From Laetmonice hystrix (lineage: Eukaryota), in NCBI GenBank assembly GCA_965235115.1, contig OZ249439.1, positions 8,866,001-8,930,000 of the forward strand: a stretch of 64,000 nucleotides of DNA, in the 5' to 3' direction. This document shows positions 40,201 through 49,324 of this stretch, piece by piece. How positions within the stretch are numbered: position 1 is the first letter of the stretch; each line of letters opens with the position of its first letter. Under the pieces are notes generated by a model. The model was not told the origin of the DNA and searched no databases. It saw only the letters and a program-made list of their open reading frames with translations. Both the position numbers and the translations under genes were made by a program.

Positions 40201-42493
40201 TTGCCTAGAATACATGTGTAGGTGTGATTTACTATTATATTTTGGAGCAATCATCCCGTTCGGTTTGTAGGTTCGCCATTTGCTCATACATCATTGACTA
40301 TTTGCACGAATTCGACTACTTCTGACACGGAGAGACGAGAGCGGCGATTAGTCATTTACAAGAGATGGACCATAACTGAAAATCCTATGGGCGTAAAGGG
40401 CCTTTGGCGGTCCCTGCTGTGTGGGCGAACGGGCAACATCAAAACTGACGTCCGGCAAATGTAGCCATGCCCACGCTGGACCAGATTAATGGCGGAGGTC
40501 ATACTGGGCATAGATCGCAGGCACACCTGATTTCCCGATTGGTCATAATCTAAAATCGAGGTCATCACTTCTGTTTCTGTGCTATGTGATCCCGATTTTT
40601 CATCTTCCTCAGAAGCCAACATCTTTTGAAGACCTCGCTACCTTTACAGATTAAAGCGCATTGCAAGGAGCAAAGTGCCCCTCTGGTTTATCTTCGATAC
40701 AGGCTCCATCTGGTGGAGATTAGCAGTATATCAATCAAGACGAGAGTCTGAACAACTGAATGAATGAACCGGTAGCTCTACATCGAATTATAAGCGTAGG
40801 ATTAAATTTGGACACTATAGACTCTTTGTTGAATATAAAGATTGGACTTGGAAATTGTTGTTACTTCCTTGAAAGGAACATCGCCCATTGCCTTACCTTA
40901 ACGACTTCGTGCGAATTTTCAAAATGCTCAAAAAAAATGCGTTGTCGTGCTTTTGGTAAAGTATTTTACATCGTCTATCTGCGACGCATTTTGTCTTGCG
41001 TGCAAGCACATGATTGGCGGAACCAGTAGCCGCCTTCATGCATGTGCGCAGGCGCGGCCATGTTGTTGTAGTGGGTCAGAAGACATGGAGGGTACCGCTC
41101 TCTGATCGCCGCGGTGCACGCCGGGTAATGGGTTACTATTCACTGACAATTGACTGTGACGATTGAAGGCCAATAGTTCGACTTGATATGCACTGAACGT
41201 ACCCCGTGTGTTGGCTGTCAACCCACTACGCTCTACTTCATACACGGATGATCATAATGAAATCTTGTCCCAAATAATGTACCAGGGTATCAATGCTGTA
41301 ATCATTTAATTATGCCTTCAACACTCGGTGCAACAATACTCTGATAATACGAGTTCTTGTTTAGTGTCCTCGACACGCAATTCTGCAATCGTTAATTTTT
41401 AAACGTTCGGTATAATGGTTGGGATACTTGGTTGAACCCATTTCATCGACCAGTGGAGCGAAATGTGATTAATCGGCTGAAGTGATTGCTGATTGCTTGA
41501 CCAGACCCTGAGCTGTTCAATCTGGTGCTCATTCAGTGGCCTACATCAGTGTGGTTACTAATCAATTACAAGATCTCAGTGAAAAAAGGTCTTAGAGTGG
41601 GGGCAGCGAATGAAGCTTTATAGAGACATTTGGGGGGGGGGGGGCACCGACCCCTTCCAAATTAAAATGTAGGTCTAACGTATACAATTACTGTGGAATT
41701 ACTTTAGCTGCTCTAAACCCACCAATCAACCCCCCCCCCCCCAAGAAAAAGACCCAGTAGAACTGTAGAACTCAAATCTCGAAATAAAATGCAGTACGAT
41801 TAGTATTGCAATGTATATTAATTCATAGGAGATAAAGCTCAATTTTCCGAGTCTATGAAATCTTTCTGCATAATCTATGCACCTCATGATATTATAGCAG
41901 ATATCAAATGTCCGGATGCAAAAATATTTTGTGAAGTTAATCCCAAGTCTCCAAATAGAGAGAAGGCTAGAAAAATCTGACAGTTGGGAATAAGCGTAAA
42001 TTTACAAATTGGGTTAATCGATCTCGAGACAAACTACGTCCTTACATCCGGCCACAAATGTTGCTGCCTTTTTGTAGTCGAATATACGTGAATCCAACTG
42101 GTGATGGATTTCACTGCGCCTGTATCGGAAGATACCCGAGCTGTGACTGTGTGTGTTTCTAACAAACTGCCGCAGGCGAGCCTGGGCGTCCGGCGGGGGG
42201 AGGAGGAAACACGTCTGTCCCAGAGAGATGAGCCCGCCTGTCATGAAGAACCTGTCTGTCCCAGGGGGTCACATTTCTGATCATATAGCAGTCGAGAAAA
42301 AACGGGAAGCATTCTGACGCAGCTGCAGTTGTATGTTACTGTGGGAAGATTACAGAGTTCCTGCAGATTGGATACCACCTGGTTCATGTATATCGTGTGG
42401 GCAATCTGAGCACCTGCATCAAGGAAGACGTTACTTACCTTTAGCGAGTTGAGCAAGTGCAATGAGGACGACAAAACAGGTGGCTGTTGTCAT
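36..42493 (-). CDS. Multi-exon gene (14 coding exons in window, 3' end off the left edge) encoding a secreted Cys-rich repeat protein with an internal ShKT domain
   Basis: Manual splicing of 42439-42493, 24196-24365, 22755-22831, 18288-18352, 15320-15394, 15042-15139, 14627-14744, 14247-14338, 13326-13461, 8012-8131, 3146-3347, 2143-2216, 454-558, 36-212 gives one stop-free frame of 1564 nt. Every junction is GT-AG and the phases chain 1,0,2,1,1,0,1,0,1,1,2,1,1,(1). Protein begins MTTATCFVVLIALAQLAKVLRGHCVYPEFL. Confidence 0.9.
454..558 (-). CDS. Coding exon 13: KSERSDRSFDLCHFEDDPQPLGGLIRSSKYKTLL
   Basis: Acceptor gatctctttcag, donor C|gtgagt, 105 nt, phase 1-1, in frame with both neighbours. 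Confidence 0.85.
695..961 (-). other. Nested intronic 88-codon open frame with tentative MogA/MoaB/gephyrin-G-like motifs
   Basis: Translation contains RVNTSPE-x10-PG...SR...VILNLPGCPGNI. Similarity judged by eye only; AT-rich codons; no upstream TGG-TG motif. Confidence 0.2.
2143..2216 (-). CDS. Coding exon 12: (C)RPRYTCVNFKNEAGSSGATLQIQI
   Basis: Acceptor tctttcctcaattgcag, donor T|gtaagt, 74 nt, phase 2-1; completes the NGC-x-PRYTC motif. Confidence 0.9.
3088..3160. repeat. 36-bp tandem duplication spanning the exon 11 donor site
   Basis: gtgtttgaatgtattgacctaccatccgttggcgta occurs twice; cctac at 3105-3109 and 3141-3145. Confidence 0.95.
3146..3347 (-). CDS. Coding exon 11 (module A2): LLPSPRPECRFSGDIRKEWFLFETDRQERVRIHGGHLSFSTLGEFICKTKHWMDSHYKLLSYYANG
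   Basis: Acceptor cttcattttgcag, donor TG|gtaggt, 202 nt, phase 1-2. Confidence 0.9.
3865..3890. repeat. (AG)n microsatellite
   Basis: Directly visible GA dinucleotide run. Confidence 0.95.
4539..4869. mobile_element. MITE, PIF/Harbinger-like (TAA target duplication)
   Basis: TIRs GGGGGCGACCATTAGATATTTA / TAAATATCTAATGGTCGCCTCC; TAA at 4536-4538 and 4870-4872; part of the left end is internally duplicated. Confidence 0.8.
4976..5187. mobile_element. MITE with about 48-bp TIRs and TA flanks
   Basis: tagtctgttcgctctaagaagagcttgacctcggcctcattaaagct is mirrored by agctttaatgaggccgaggtcgagctcttcttagagcgaacagacta (1 mismatch). Confidence 0.85.
6134..6205. mobile_element. Possible Helentron/HINE-like fragment
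   Basis: Degenerate cctaaacctaacc repeats followed by tgtcggaccattgggctgttggact; resemblance recalled, not verified. Confidence 0.3.
6386..6822. mobile_element. Foldback (long palindromic) non-autonomous element, copy 1
   Basis: Arms aggttagctaaggccttaga...aatcaataaatgtatacccacagaaat and atttctgtggggaaacatttattgat...ggccttaggctatctaacct are inverted around a centre near 6580; boundaries approximate. Confidence 0.75.
7082..7290. repeat. About 105-bp imperfect direct duplication
   Basis: ttcttatgcatta...ataaaaatctttcc...ttagttcctattcaagtg...gtaagt occurs twice. Confidence 0.8.
7368..7621. mobile_element. Short non-autonomous DNA element with CAGTGGC-type terminus
   Basis: Right end ggatgccactg; degenerate left end aggtggtagct; same terminal style as ctacgccactg at 1581-1591. 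Confidence 0.4.
8012..8131 (-). CDS. Coding exon 10: ShKT (ShK toxin-like) domain PGICYDESDLCAKHKEDGKCMNSGMHEYGNYCKRSCGLC
   Basis: C-x6-C-x8-C-x11-C-x3-C-x2-C with the conserved C-x-D start; acceptor tttctatgtgtcag, donor G|gtaagt; 120 nt, phase 1-1. Confidence 0.92.
10812..11060. mobile_element. MITE, Tc1/mariner-like (TA target duplication)
   Basis: 33-bp TIRs ctgccgtgaaatgacaaaaggaagcaagtccaa / ttggacttgcttccttttgttatttcacggcgg (2 mismatches); TA at 10810-10811 and 11061-11062. Confidence 0.85.
11327..12649. repeat. 39-bp GC-rich minisatellite, about 34 copies, in intron 9
   Basis: Unit GTGGGTAGGGCGACTGGCCGGCWGTCGAYGGYCCCTGYA; variation limited to a few positions. Confidence 0.98.
13205..13297. 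repeat. (AGAC)n / (AG)n compound microsatellite
   Basis: Directly visible, about 30 nt from the exon 9 donor. Confidence 0.9.
13326..13461 (-). CDS. Coding exon 9: RFPREQKMKSEMSVNLYFSPVCPNERRRKPDLDGVWHAELRMKEG
   Basis: Acceptor gtgttttctcgcag, donor C|gtaagt, 136 nt, phase 0-1. Confidence 0.9.
14247..14338 (-). CDS. Coding exon 8: (E)VHLQVWGSWMEDDFLYIVTAEDNEMPRFVL
   Basis: Acceptor caatttgacag, donor G|gtaagc, 92 nt, phase 1-0. Confidence 0.88.
14627..14744 (-). CDS. Coding exon 7: RLCPKEWRPSHMETECVRGEGILFTFPHRNCTLFDDRSE
   Basis: Acceptor tgtttcgttggcag, donor AG|gtcagt, 118 nt, phase 0-1. Confidence 0.9.
15042..15139 (-). CDS. Coding exon 6: PALEEWAFSPIVGGFDFFTFKSNKNVNKPSVK
   Basis: Acceptor gtgttttatttcag, donor AAG|gtaact, 98 nt, phase 1-0. 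Confidence 0.88.
15320..15394 (-). CDS. Coding exon 5: PSKEENVNDLCSEHLMQREDWPLL
   Basis: Acceptor tattttttacag, donor AG|gtaagt, 75 nt, phase 1-1. Confidence 0.9.
15774..16015. mobile_element. Foldback element copy 2 (one arm plus central hairpin)
   Basis: Near-identical to the 6414-6610 arm (aggttagataaggccttagacgacataaatcaataaatgtatacccacagaaat...); ends in a perfect 25-bp inverted repeat. Confidence 0.8.
18288..18352 (-). CDS. Coding exon 4: RTYYMCLKFVPRNQNIIQVWS
   Basis: Strong acceptor ttctttttgttctgtgtttcag, donor G|gtgagt, 65 nt, phase 2-1; Y-x-C-L-x-F-x-x-R-x-x-N-x-I-Q motif. Confidence 0.92.
22755..22831 (-). CDS. Coding exon 3: RQHAYRRICMRREDGGKYRVQHRDN(G)
   Basis: Acceptor ccttgtttccag, donor GG|gtaagt, 77 nt, phase 0-2; supplies the phase needed between exons 2 and 4. 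Confidence 0.88.
23455..24195. repeat. 53-bp minisatellite, 14 copies, starting at the exon 2 donor
   Basis: Unit CCACCGGCTGTGATTGAGACAGTTAGTGGTGTGTAGAGGTGGTTGACTGACCG, nearly invariant. Confidence 0.98.
24196..24365 (-). CDS. Coding exon 2 (module A1): LRGHCVYPEFLRRPMSDGADRVWLTETKYDKNTDQWETQLEITVSEYEIIARLKIK
   Basis: Acceptor gtttttatgtggcag, donor AAG|gtcagt, 170 nt, phase 1-0, GC-rich codon usage. Confidence 0.92.
24370..26030. repeat. 64-67-bp minisatellite, 25 copies, abutting the exon 2 acceptor
   Basis: Unit CACATAAACACAGAGTCAATGAGTTACTAGATGTACAGGGTTATCAGGTGTATCACTTTCAGATCAC, with small indel variants. Confidence 0.98.
26295..26415. mobile_element. Possible SINE internal-domain fragment
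   Basis: aagcctttgatgacccagttgcggagcactgggg resembles a recurrent molluscan SINE core as recalled; not verified. Confidence 0.3.
26443..26864. mobile_element. About 420-bp element bracketed by inverted repeats and carrying eight GTTAAC palindromes
   Basis: ccgtgttaacaccat (left) versus atggtgttaacaccg (right); GTTAAC at 26447, 26460, 26515, 26526, 26578, 26796, 26848, 26859. Confidence 0.5.
26896..26932. repeat. (CTAACA)n hexamer run
   Basis: ctaacactaatactaacactaacactaacactaacac. Confidence 0.85.
29570..30870. repeat. 54-bp minisatellite (51-bp variants), about 24 copies, in intron 1
   Basis: Unit GGGTAACTAGGTACTGAGACTCCAYCAAGGGCTAGGCTGTGAATGTTATATGAT; degenerate units at both ends. Confidence 0.97.
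32733..32850. repeat. (TCTG)n-type compound microsatellite
   Basis: Directly visible. Confidence 0.9.
36950..37210 (-). pseudogene. Possible decayed Ty3/Gypsy aspartic protease fragment
   Basis: VIIYINGQPPAFEVDTAS...KPLLQTTQV...SVKVTWTQKKY then, after a frameshift, LDVPELYGGPPLL. This loosely follows the retropepsin layout, but the active-site motif is DTA(S) rather than DTG. Confidence 0.3.
38530..38699. repeat. 49-53-bp tandem repeat, about 3.3 copies, containing (GAGT)n
   Basis: caggttcgcatggga(gtga)n gtagttggtgtttaacgcccagtcag starting at 38530, 38579, 38632, 38685. Confidence 0.9.
42439..42493 (-). CDS. First coding exon: signal peptide MTTATCFVVLIALAQLAK
   Basis: ATG in CACCATGA context, in-frame upstream TGA, hydrophobic core, donor AAG|gtaagt, phase 1 matching exon 2; joined sequence ...LAKVLRG|HCVYP. 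Confidence 0.8.
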
Positions 42494-42705
42494 GGTGCTG
42501 GGCTGGCAGGGGGGCGCCGCTAGCCATCCTCATGAGTCCTGCTGACGGGCGATCGGCCAGGGTGCCCGGCGAACGGGGCGGCGGGAGGCGGTAGGCTCAC
42601 GAGTAGGCCGTGCCGGCGGGGTGGTGTCCAGAGGGGGACGCCGGGCGAGTTTCGCTGTCCGGAGGCGGGGGCGGTGGCCCTCCATCACGGCCCCGGTCGG
42701 CCAGC
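42494..42705 (-). other. GC-rich 5' UTR part of the first coding exon, with upstream ORFs
   Basis: Acceptor ctcttgtctctccaccag at 42706-42723; upstream ATGs at 42685, 42533 and 42527. Confidence 0.65.
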
Positions 42706-42901
42706 CTGGTGGAGAGACAAGAGCGAGATGGCGTCAGGTACGGGTGAACCTCTTATGGGGCGGGGGGGGGGGATGTAACTTCAGAGAAGAGGGGTCTCAA
42801 GTATACGTACTCCACCAGTTGTCAGATGAAGCCAGTGGATAGTATCTGGAAAATATTCCCTGACAATAGGCCGATCACCCTGTCCATCGGGGAAAACTAA
42901 T

Positions 42902-43003
42902 CTGACCATCGGTCATACTATTGCTGACCATCAGTCATACTATTGCTGACCATCAGTCATACTATTGCTGACCATCAGTCATACTATTGCTGACCATCGG
43001 TCA
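42902..43003. repeat. 22-bp tandem repeat, about 4.5 copies (TGACCATCRGTCATACTATTGC)
   Basis: Units start at 42903, 42925, 42947, 42969, 42991. Confidence 0.95.
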
Positions 43004-44900
43004 AAGAACTGCGACAGCCTCTGGTGTGGTAAACGAATGCCAAGTCTGACTACATGGAGGAATAAATCCAACGAACTCCGTATCCAAACTTTAGATGACC
43101 CCTCCCCCACCTCCTACTACCCTAAAATATCGCCCCTCATCACGGACCACCGATCAAACGTACCAATCCAAGCCAATACAAACATTGACGCCGAGACGTC
43201 TGCAAGCTGGTTAAGATTAATACTGAGTAGAATTGTAAGCTCATTGCCAAATTTACATTTCTAATAGTTTTCCACTTGATCTTCAATAACATTGTTGGGT
43301 TTCGAAAATATTGACATTAACATTATCATATCTGAACATCTGTGTGACCGCAGTACCATTTTCACTAGTGATATTGTAAATAATAGCAGTGCTATTGTAA
43401 ATAATAGCACTGTTGTCGCGATGGACAGTTATACAAGGATGTATCCTAACAGCGGATAATTTTAGACGCTCACGTACGCATATACCGGCGGTATAGAAAT
43501 AAAAGGCTGCAGATTGAAGAAATGGGCTGAAACCGCTGAGGACTCAGCTCACCCAGATCACATATAAAAACCACAGATTCTGAATGCATGGAACCGAAAC
43601 GGACGGAAGTTCCCAAGTCCCCACAGACGTCTCAGCTGTGGGCCGTCTTTTATAACTGCAAGGGCGGACGTGATGTCCGGAAACCGCCGTTAGTGAAAAC
43701 GACCTGTTGGGTCAGCAAAGAACTCCCCACTCACAGGGGCAATGGTTGAATGGTCACCTCGATCGCACTTTGATATGCGTTCCTCCTATGTGGTTTAGCA
43801 GCGTTCTCGGTCCCCAGGTAGACGTGTACTCCAGTAGTCCGGTGGTCCAGTAGCCGGCCCGTATCCGTACAATGGCGTCGACTCCTCCAGTGGTGCCGAT
43901 AGGGGTGGAGTCGTTATCCGGGCGTCATGGCCCGTAGAGAGTCCGCCCTCTGTGGTGGTGGCGGCGGTAGTGGGGACGCGCCCACCGGGTCACGTCAAGA
44001 GACGGGATCAAACGCTCATTTCGCTGTTGATTTGCCACTGAGTCCACATTAAGATGCCTGAGGCGGATCGCTGTGCTTGCTGTACGGAGGTCTGGGCCTG
44101 CCTGCTGGTAGGACGCTGATACGACGCTATGACCTGTGGTGCAGGCTGGCATCATCCCAACCACCGGGCTGCAAACCGCATCAGCGCGCCGCACGATTCA
44201 AACTGGCATGCCCCAGCTCTGGTCTTGGATGACTGCAGATCCCAATACGCATTACTGAAATTAACCACGTTTTTGTGTCATATAATGAACTGTCTCGCTG
44301 GCAGCGTCGACATGGGACATGCCTATTGTGATTATCTATTGTGCTGTTTCTTTTACCCACCACTATTGCGAACCGAGCGCGGCGTACCAACTGTCAGGCC
44401 TTGACAACTGACACCGATACCGGAGTCAATCGGTCCGGCCATCTCAATGATCTCTGCGCCAATCACCGGCCGCCCCGCCCCGAACAGCGCCACCTAGAGG
44501 GGAACACCGTTAACTACTTTGGCCACCAATACCTGAATATGTTCATCCGCGTTTTCTGTTGACCTCATCACCTGTTCCTCTAAATCCCCATCCGCGTGAC
44601 CTTTTCCAGTCCCACACACATAGACGTGACACTTGGACCTGGACTGTCCGAATATTCACCGGCCTCCACGTGGACTCCCTGGGGTGAACACTCCAGGCAG
44701 GCTACACCCATTATGCAGCAACCCCCAACTGGCCCCGGGCCCTAAGCTAGCCATTGTTTCGGTCACAAGTCGAGAATTCTCCATGGAACACAATCAATCC
44801 AATTATGTAAAGTGGTACAGGAAATTATTGTCTCTGTAGTGGCGGGTGTGGCGGTAACGCCGGCCGGCTGACTGCCTGGGCGGCCGGGTTGCTGACTCAC

Positions 44901-45000
44901 AGGAGCCGGGTCTGTGAGCGAGCCCCTCCGGTCTACCCACCCGTCCCACTACCCGTCACTCGCTCAGCTTTCGTCGGCACTCAACCGGAAAGAAACCTCA
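44901..45000 (-). other. Candidate non-coding upstream exon in a GC/CpG-rich zone
   Basis: Donor CT|gtgagtcagc at 44891-44900 in a CpG-rich stretch; no transcript evidence; 5' boundary unknown. Confidence 0.3.
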
Positions 45001-45401
45001 ATATCGATGTGTTTAACCTGAAACCGTTCCACTTTCAAAAGCTACTCGGGAGGGAAGATGTTGATGTCAACATCACTAAGTCTCAAATAGCAGTCTAGTA
45101 ACAATATGATCCTGTATATGGCATCCGGTGAAACATTTCAAAATTCACTTTGGGCGTTCATCAGGACATAGGTTCGTGTGCCAAGTCTAAATAAAAGAAG
45201 ACAGTCTGAGCTGTGTTTAGCGGCATTAGAAATATTTGCGCTAGGCAGAACAGAAAACACATGAAAATTCCTGTCGTCACGGCAGCCGCGCTGCTCTGCT
45301 TCGCTTACAAAATGGATGTCCTATTGCTTAACCCTCCAAATACAAACTCTATGACAGAACCTTCCGCACAAATGACCTGTATCTCAACTCTGCTCAGTCA
45401 T

Positions 45402-45499
45402 CAGGGGCGGATTCAGGACTTTTTGGAGTCTGAGTCTGACTAGCAGCTTTTTAGAAATCTATTTTTTCAAGGGGGGCACGCCCCCTGGATCCGCCCCTG
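45402..45499. mobile_element. 98-bp miniature element with CAGGGGCGGAT TIRs
   Basis: caggggcggattcagg ... cctggatccgcccctg; flanks gtcat / gtcgt. Confidence 0.75.
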
Positions 45500-46459
45500 G
45501 TCGTGGCCCATTTGCCCATGCATCCATGCGATTGCTTGTGTATAGCCTAAACATGTAAACTGAGCACATCATGGCAGTATCTATATTACAAGCTCGATTG
45601 CCCATTTACCGGCGAGTAAGTAACTGCACTCTACTCCCCGTCTTGTCTAAGACATTCGTCAATATGTGAAGATGTAACTGATATTCTGTTACTATAGGTA
45701 TTCTTTAGTGTACACGTAAAACCAACAAGAACTGCTATCAGTGGCTATAGACATCCTTTGTGGTAACGTATCCATCAGCACTCGTTCCTTTACAGACAAA
45801 GGTATAAAATTGTTGAGGACAGACCCGGCAGTATTATATTTAATAGTCCGGCTGTATGATGACCTACCCATAGAAGGAACTAATCTATCTGATGTCACAC
45901 CTATTCAGAGTACTTTATGTAAACGTACAGATTGGCCAGTCGTGGACTACAGCGATTCGCCTCACACACATCACCCACAGGGTTGAAGTAGGGGTTGTGT
46001 ATATAGATAACGTCGGCCGACCTGCTCAAGATGAAGTGGGAGCATGTACACAACGACCTCACCACAACATTCAACCACACCCCCCCTGTCTGTCTGCCGC
46101 ATGACTCCGGACTCGAGTTTCACGCGCTTCCTCCTCCACAATCATTCACGACTTCCTTCCCGCTGATTAGTTATTAATTTACGGAGACCTTATCGCGGCG
46201 TATTTTTGTCATTCAGGATGAAATATTTTCGTTAGTCTCAGCTGGCTGCAGACAGAACGTTCAAAGTCAACTTTTATTTTAAGAAAAATCACTTGGTATA
46301 ACGCGAACTGGATTAAAACGAACGCAAACCTGGCTCCAGTCCGCGCCACCTAGCGAGACAAGCGACCAGATCCGAACTGAACCAGGATTTCCTGGGTATG
46401 CAAGTACTAAGTCGTCCACTTTGTGGTATAAGATAATATAATTAAGAGAATACATATAG

Positions 46460-46495
46460 ATTAGGGTTAGGGTTAGGATTATGGTTAGGATTATG
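46460..46495 (+). repeat. Short degenerate (TTAGGG)n-like run
   Basis: ttagggttagggttaggattatggttaggattatg; interstitial, probably TE-associated. Confidence 0.7.
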
Positions 46496-48464
46496 AAGAT
46501 ACATTGATATAATACAACATCACCTACTTGAAGCCGTATAGGAACGCAGGTCCGTCGGACCTATATTTACGGGATAGCAGATCCATTGGACCTACATTCC
46601 ATGGACGGCAAGCCCGTATGCGGGGGAGAGGGGGGGGGGGGGTATTTGGGTTATACTAAACCTATCCACAGAGCCCGCCCAGGTCCTCCTGGTTAAGATA
46701 TAAGTAAAGAAAAATCAGGATAAGGTGCTTAAAAGATTTTGAAAATGCCGCAAGGAAGGTAAAACAACCTTGTATTTTCCCCAGATTGAAGGAAATGCTT
46801 CCTTTAACCCTACCTATAGACTGCTTCATGATCTCCCTCCACTTGGAAGTACCGCCCCCTCCCTCATCATCGAGGCGAACCTAAGGGTACTGGACGGGAT
46901 AGAAGCAGCCGGACATCCTTTCAGCTGCTCCTTACATGTCCCTGACTGTTGACAGTACTTAACGCTCCTTAACAGGCTCATACGTTCGGCGCCATGTTAG
47001 GGAATAGTGAAAGTGACGCGCAGCATCCTTTCTTTGCTTCCCAAGCGGCCGTGTATGTCCTGTCAGAACGCTATATGTTATAATACTGATGCGTGTCTCT
47101 CTACAAGCGTCATGTAATAGTTCCGACCCTTTATGTATCTACCAATGGTCCAAACCTCGTCCTGGTGTGGTTGTGAGCGGCCAATGAAACACGCCAGACA
47201 CGACGGTTCTACCTGTGTACGGGCACCTGGTGGTCGCCATCACTGACCAATGACACCGTGTCATCGCCAAACGTGTCCACAACACGTACATCGTACGTAC
47301 GCCATGGCAAAATCTGTCTGAGGCAACGCTTTGGGTGGGCGGTCCTCAGGTAGCACAAAACATGCAGGCCATGTGGCCAGTTTCAAATGCAAAAGATAAC
47401 ATTAATCACTCGGTTGAAAGACAGGCCCAAGAATACTTCTGACGTGTTTCAAACTTTCTAAGAATTAGCATTCATCTGCCTTTTAAAAAATAGTTACGAA
47501 AGTTCTGAAACAGGTTGCACGACGTAGAGAAACCTAGGGGAACTCACGAGGCATAATTCGCTTTTTCCCCCCTTTTGGTGATGGCATAATCATCAAATTG
47601 TAACTTGCAAAAACCAAACGTCATCGCAATTGTGAATGTCTACTATCTGCGGAGTATCATCAAAAATTTAATTGTTTTACAGTCAAACACATGGCGTAAC
47701 GTATAAGTGAGGAGAAATGTTTCGGGACATTGTGAATTGGTAACATTCCCCAGAGTGCCTTGAACGTTTTTTGTTAAATCTGTAAAAATTAACAAAAGAG
47801 TTTCTCAGAGCCTAAATTATGCATCTCCTCAGGTTAGGGAGTTATTCTTTCATAGAAAATCATAAGCCCATATGTGTCCGGGCCATTCGTATACCTCTTC
47901 GCTCTCCGAATGAGGTAATTCTTTCTCCAAATGGATGAGAATTCTTTGCTCGTTAATACTGTTAGCTTTCTTTACTTTACCCTTGTAATTTGAAGTTCGA
48001 GGAAAGAGAAAAATAAAACAAAGTTAACTTTTATGAAATAGGCGGTAATTGTAATGGTAAGAACGTGAGATTATGATCTAAGACAATGTGCCGCCAGTTG
48101 AGTGTCTCATGAAAACATAGCGCGATGCTTGCTATGCCATTTAATGACATCAGGCCGGAAATATCGAAACAAATAATTCCACATGCGTAAAGCTTCAAAA
48201 TGACCGATCTCAGGAATCAAGCAGATTATAAAGTTCGGCATCCAATATTTGAGATGAATAGCTAAATTTCATTGCCATTCACTACATAGGTTTTTTTTAT
48301 TAACATAACTTTGCTCCAGAATAAAGGGACTCGGATAAGGTATCCGGGTTTCCGTCCCTTCTGCTCTGGGCTCAAACGAAATATTTGAGTTCCTTACAAT
48401 AAATACACTACATAAGGTATGGTTACCTTTTATTTCTGCTAATTTCCATCATCTTCAGAAAGAG

Positions 48465-48505
<41 letters not shown>

Positions 48506-48520
48506 AATAGATAGAGAGAC
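48465..48520. repeat. (AG)n microsatellite
   Basis: Directly visible. Confidence 0.95.
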
Positions 48521-49324
48521 TTTGAGAGATGGAGACTAAATGATAAACTCTAAACCTTTTGCGGTTTACTTCAAGAAGGAAAATGCTTGCTCTTTCTCTT
48601 TGACAGAAAAACATTCATTCAAACAAGGCGGCAGTGCAGGGTACAGGTCATCGAGTACACATGACTTACTCAGAGTGACGCAGCACAAGCGTGCATTGAA
48701 TAATCCCTACCTGAGAACCTTCCTATACGTCAACATCATAACTCTCTGCCTCAAGTAACCTGCGTGCGCGGCCCCCAACACCTACCATCGTCTTGAGACA
48801 TGCCGATCTTGCACGGCCTCGTCGTTCAACGTGGCTGACCGACTCCGCCTCATTTGACGGACCTCTTACAAAAACACATCAGCTAATTACATGCGAAACA
48901 TCCTAATTGATGTAGTTCTGATGTGACTAGTGAGCTGACTTCCTATCTCTCAAGCGACCTCTGTCGGGGAAAACAGCTTGGCGCTTGAAAGCAAGGCCAT
49001 TCCGCGCAGGCGGAGGCGGAAGTCACTGCAACCACCAACGGGACTCTATCTTTAGAGGGTCATGCCATTGTCACAGAATTCTGACGCTTCTGAGGCCAGA
49101 GTGTGGCTGAAGGGCTTCTCCCGCCAAGCAGGGGTGGATATTGAGTATCCAATAACGGAACAACATCCATCTAGGTGGATGTGAGCCGGACTTCCCTCAT
49201 TTACCTCTTAGATGTGGTTGGGCGCCCCCTCAGACCGCAGTCAGTCGTCTGTCTGTCTGACCGGATGTCGTTTACTAATCTGTGGTGTGTCAGACTGCCG
49301 CTGTTCGCACCACCGGCGGCCAGC

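Noticed and set aside
46460-46495. True telomere or telomere-healing site
   Set aside because: Only about three exact TTAGGG units, which degenerate immediately within ordinary sequence.
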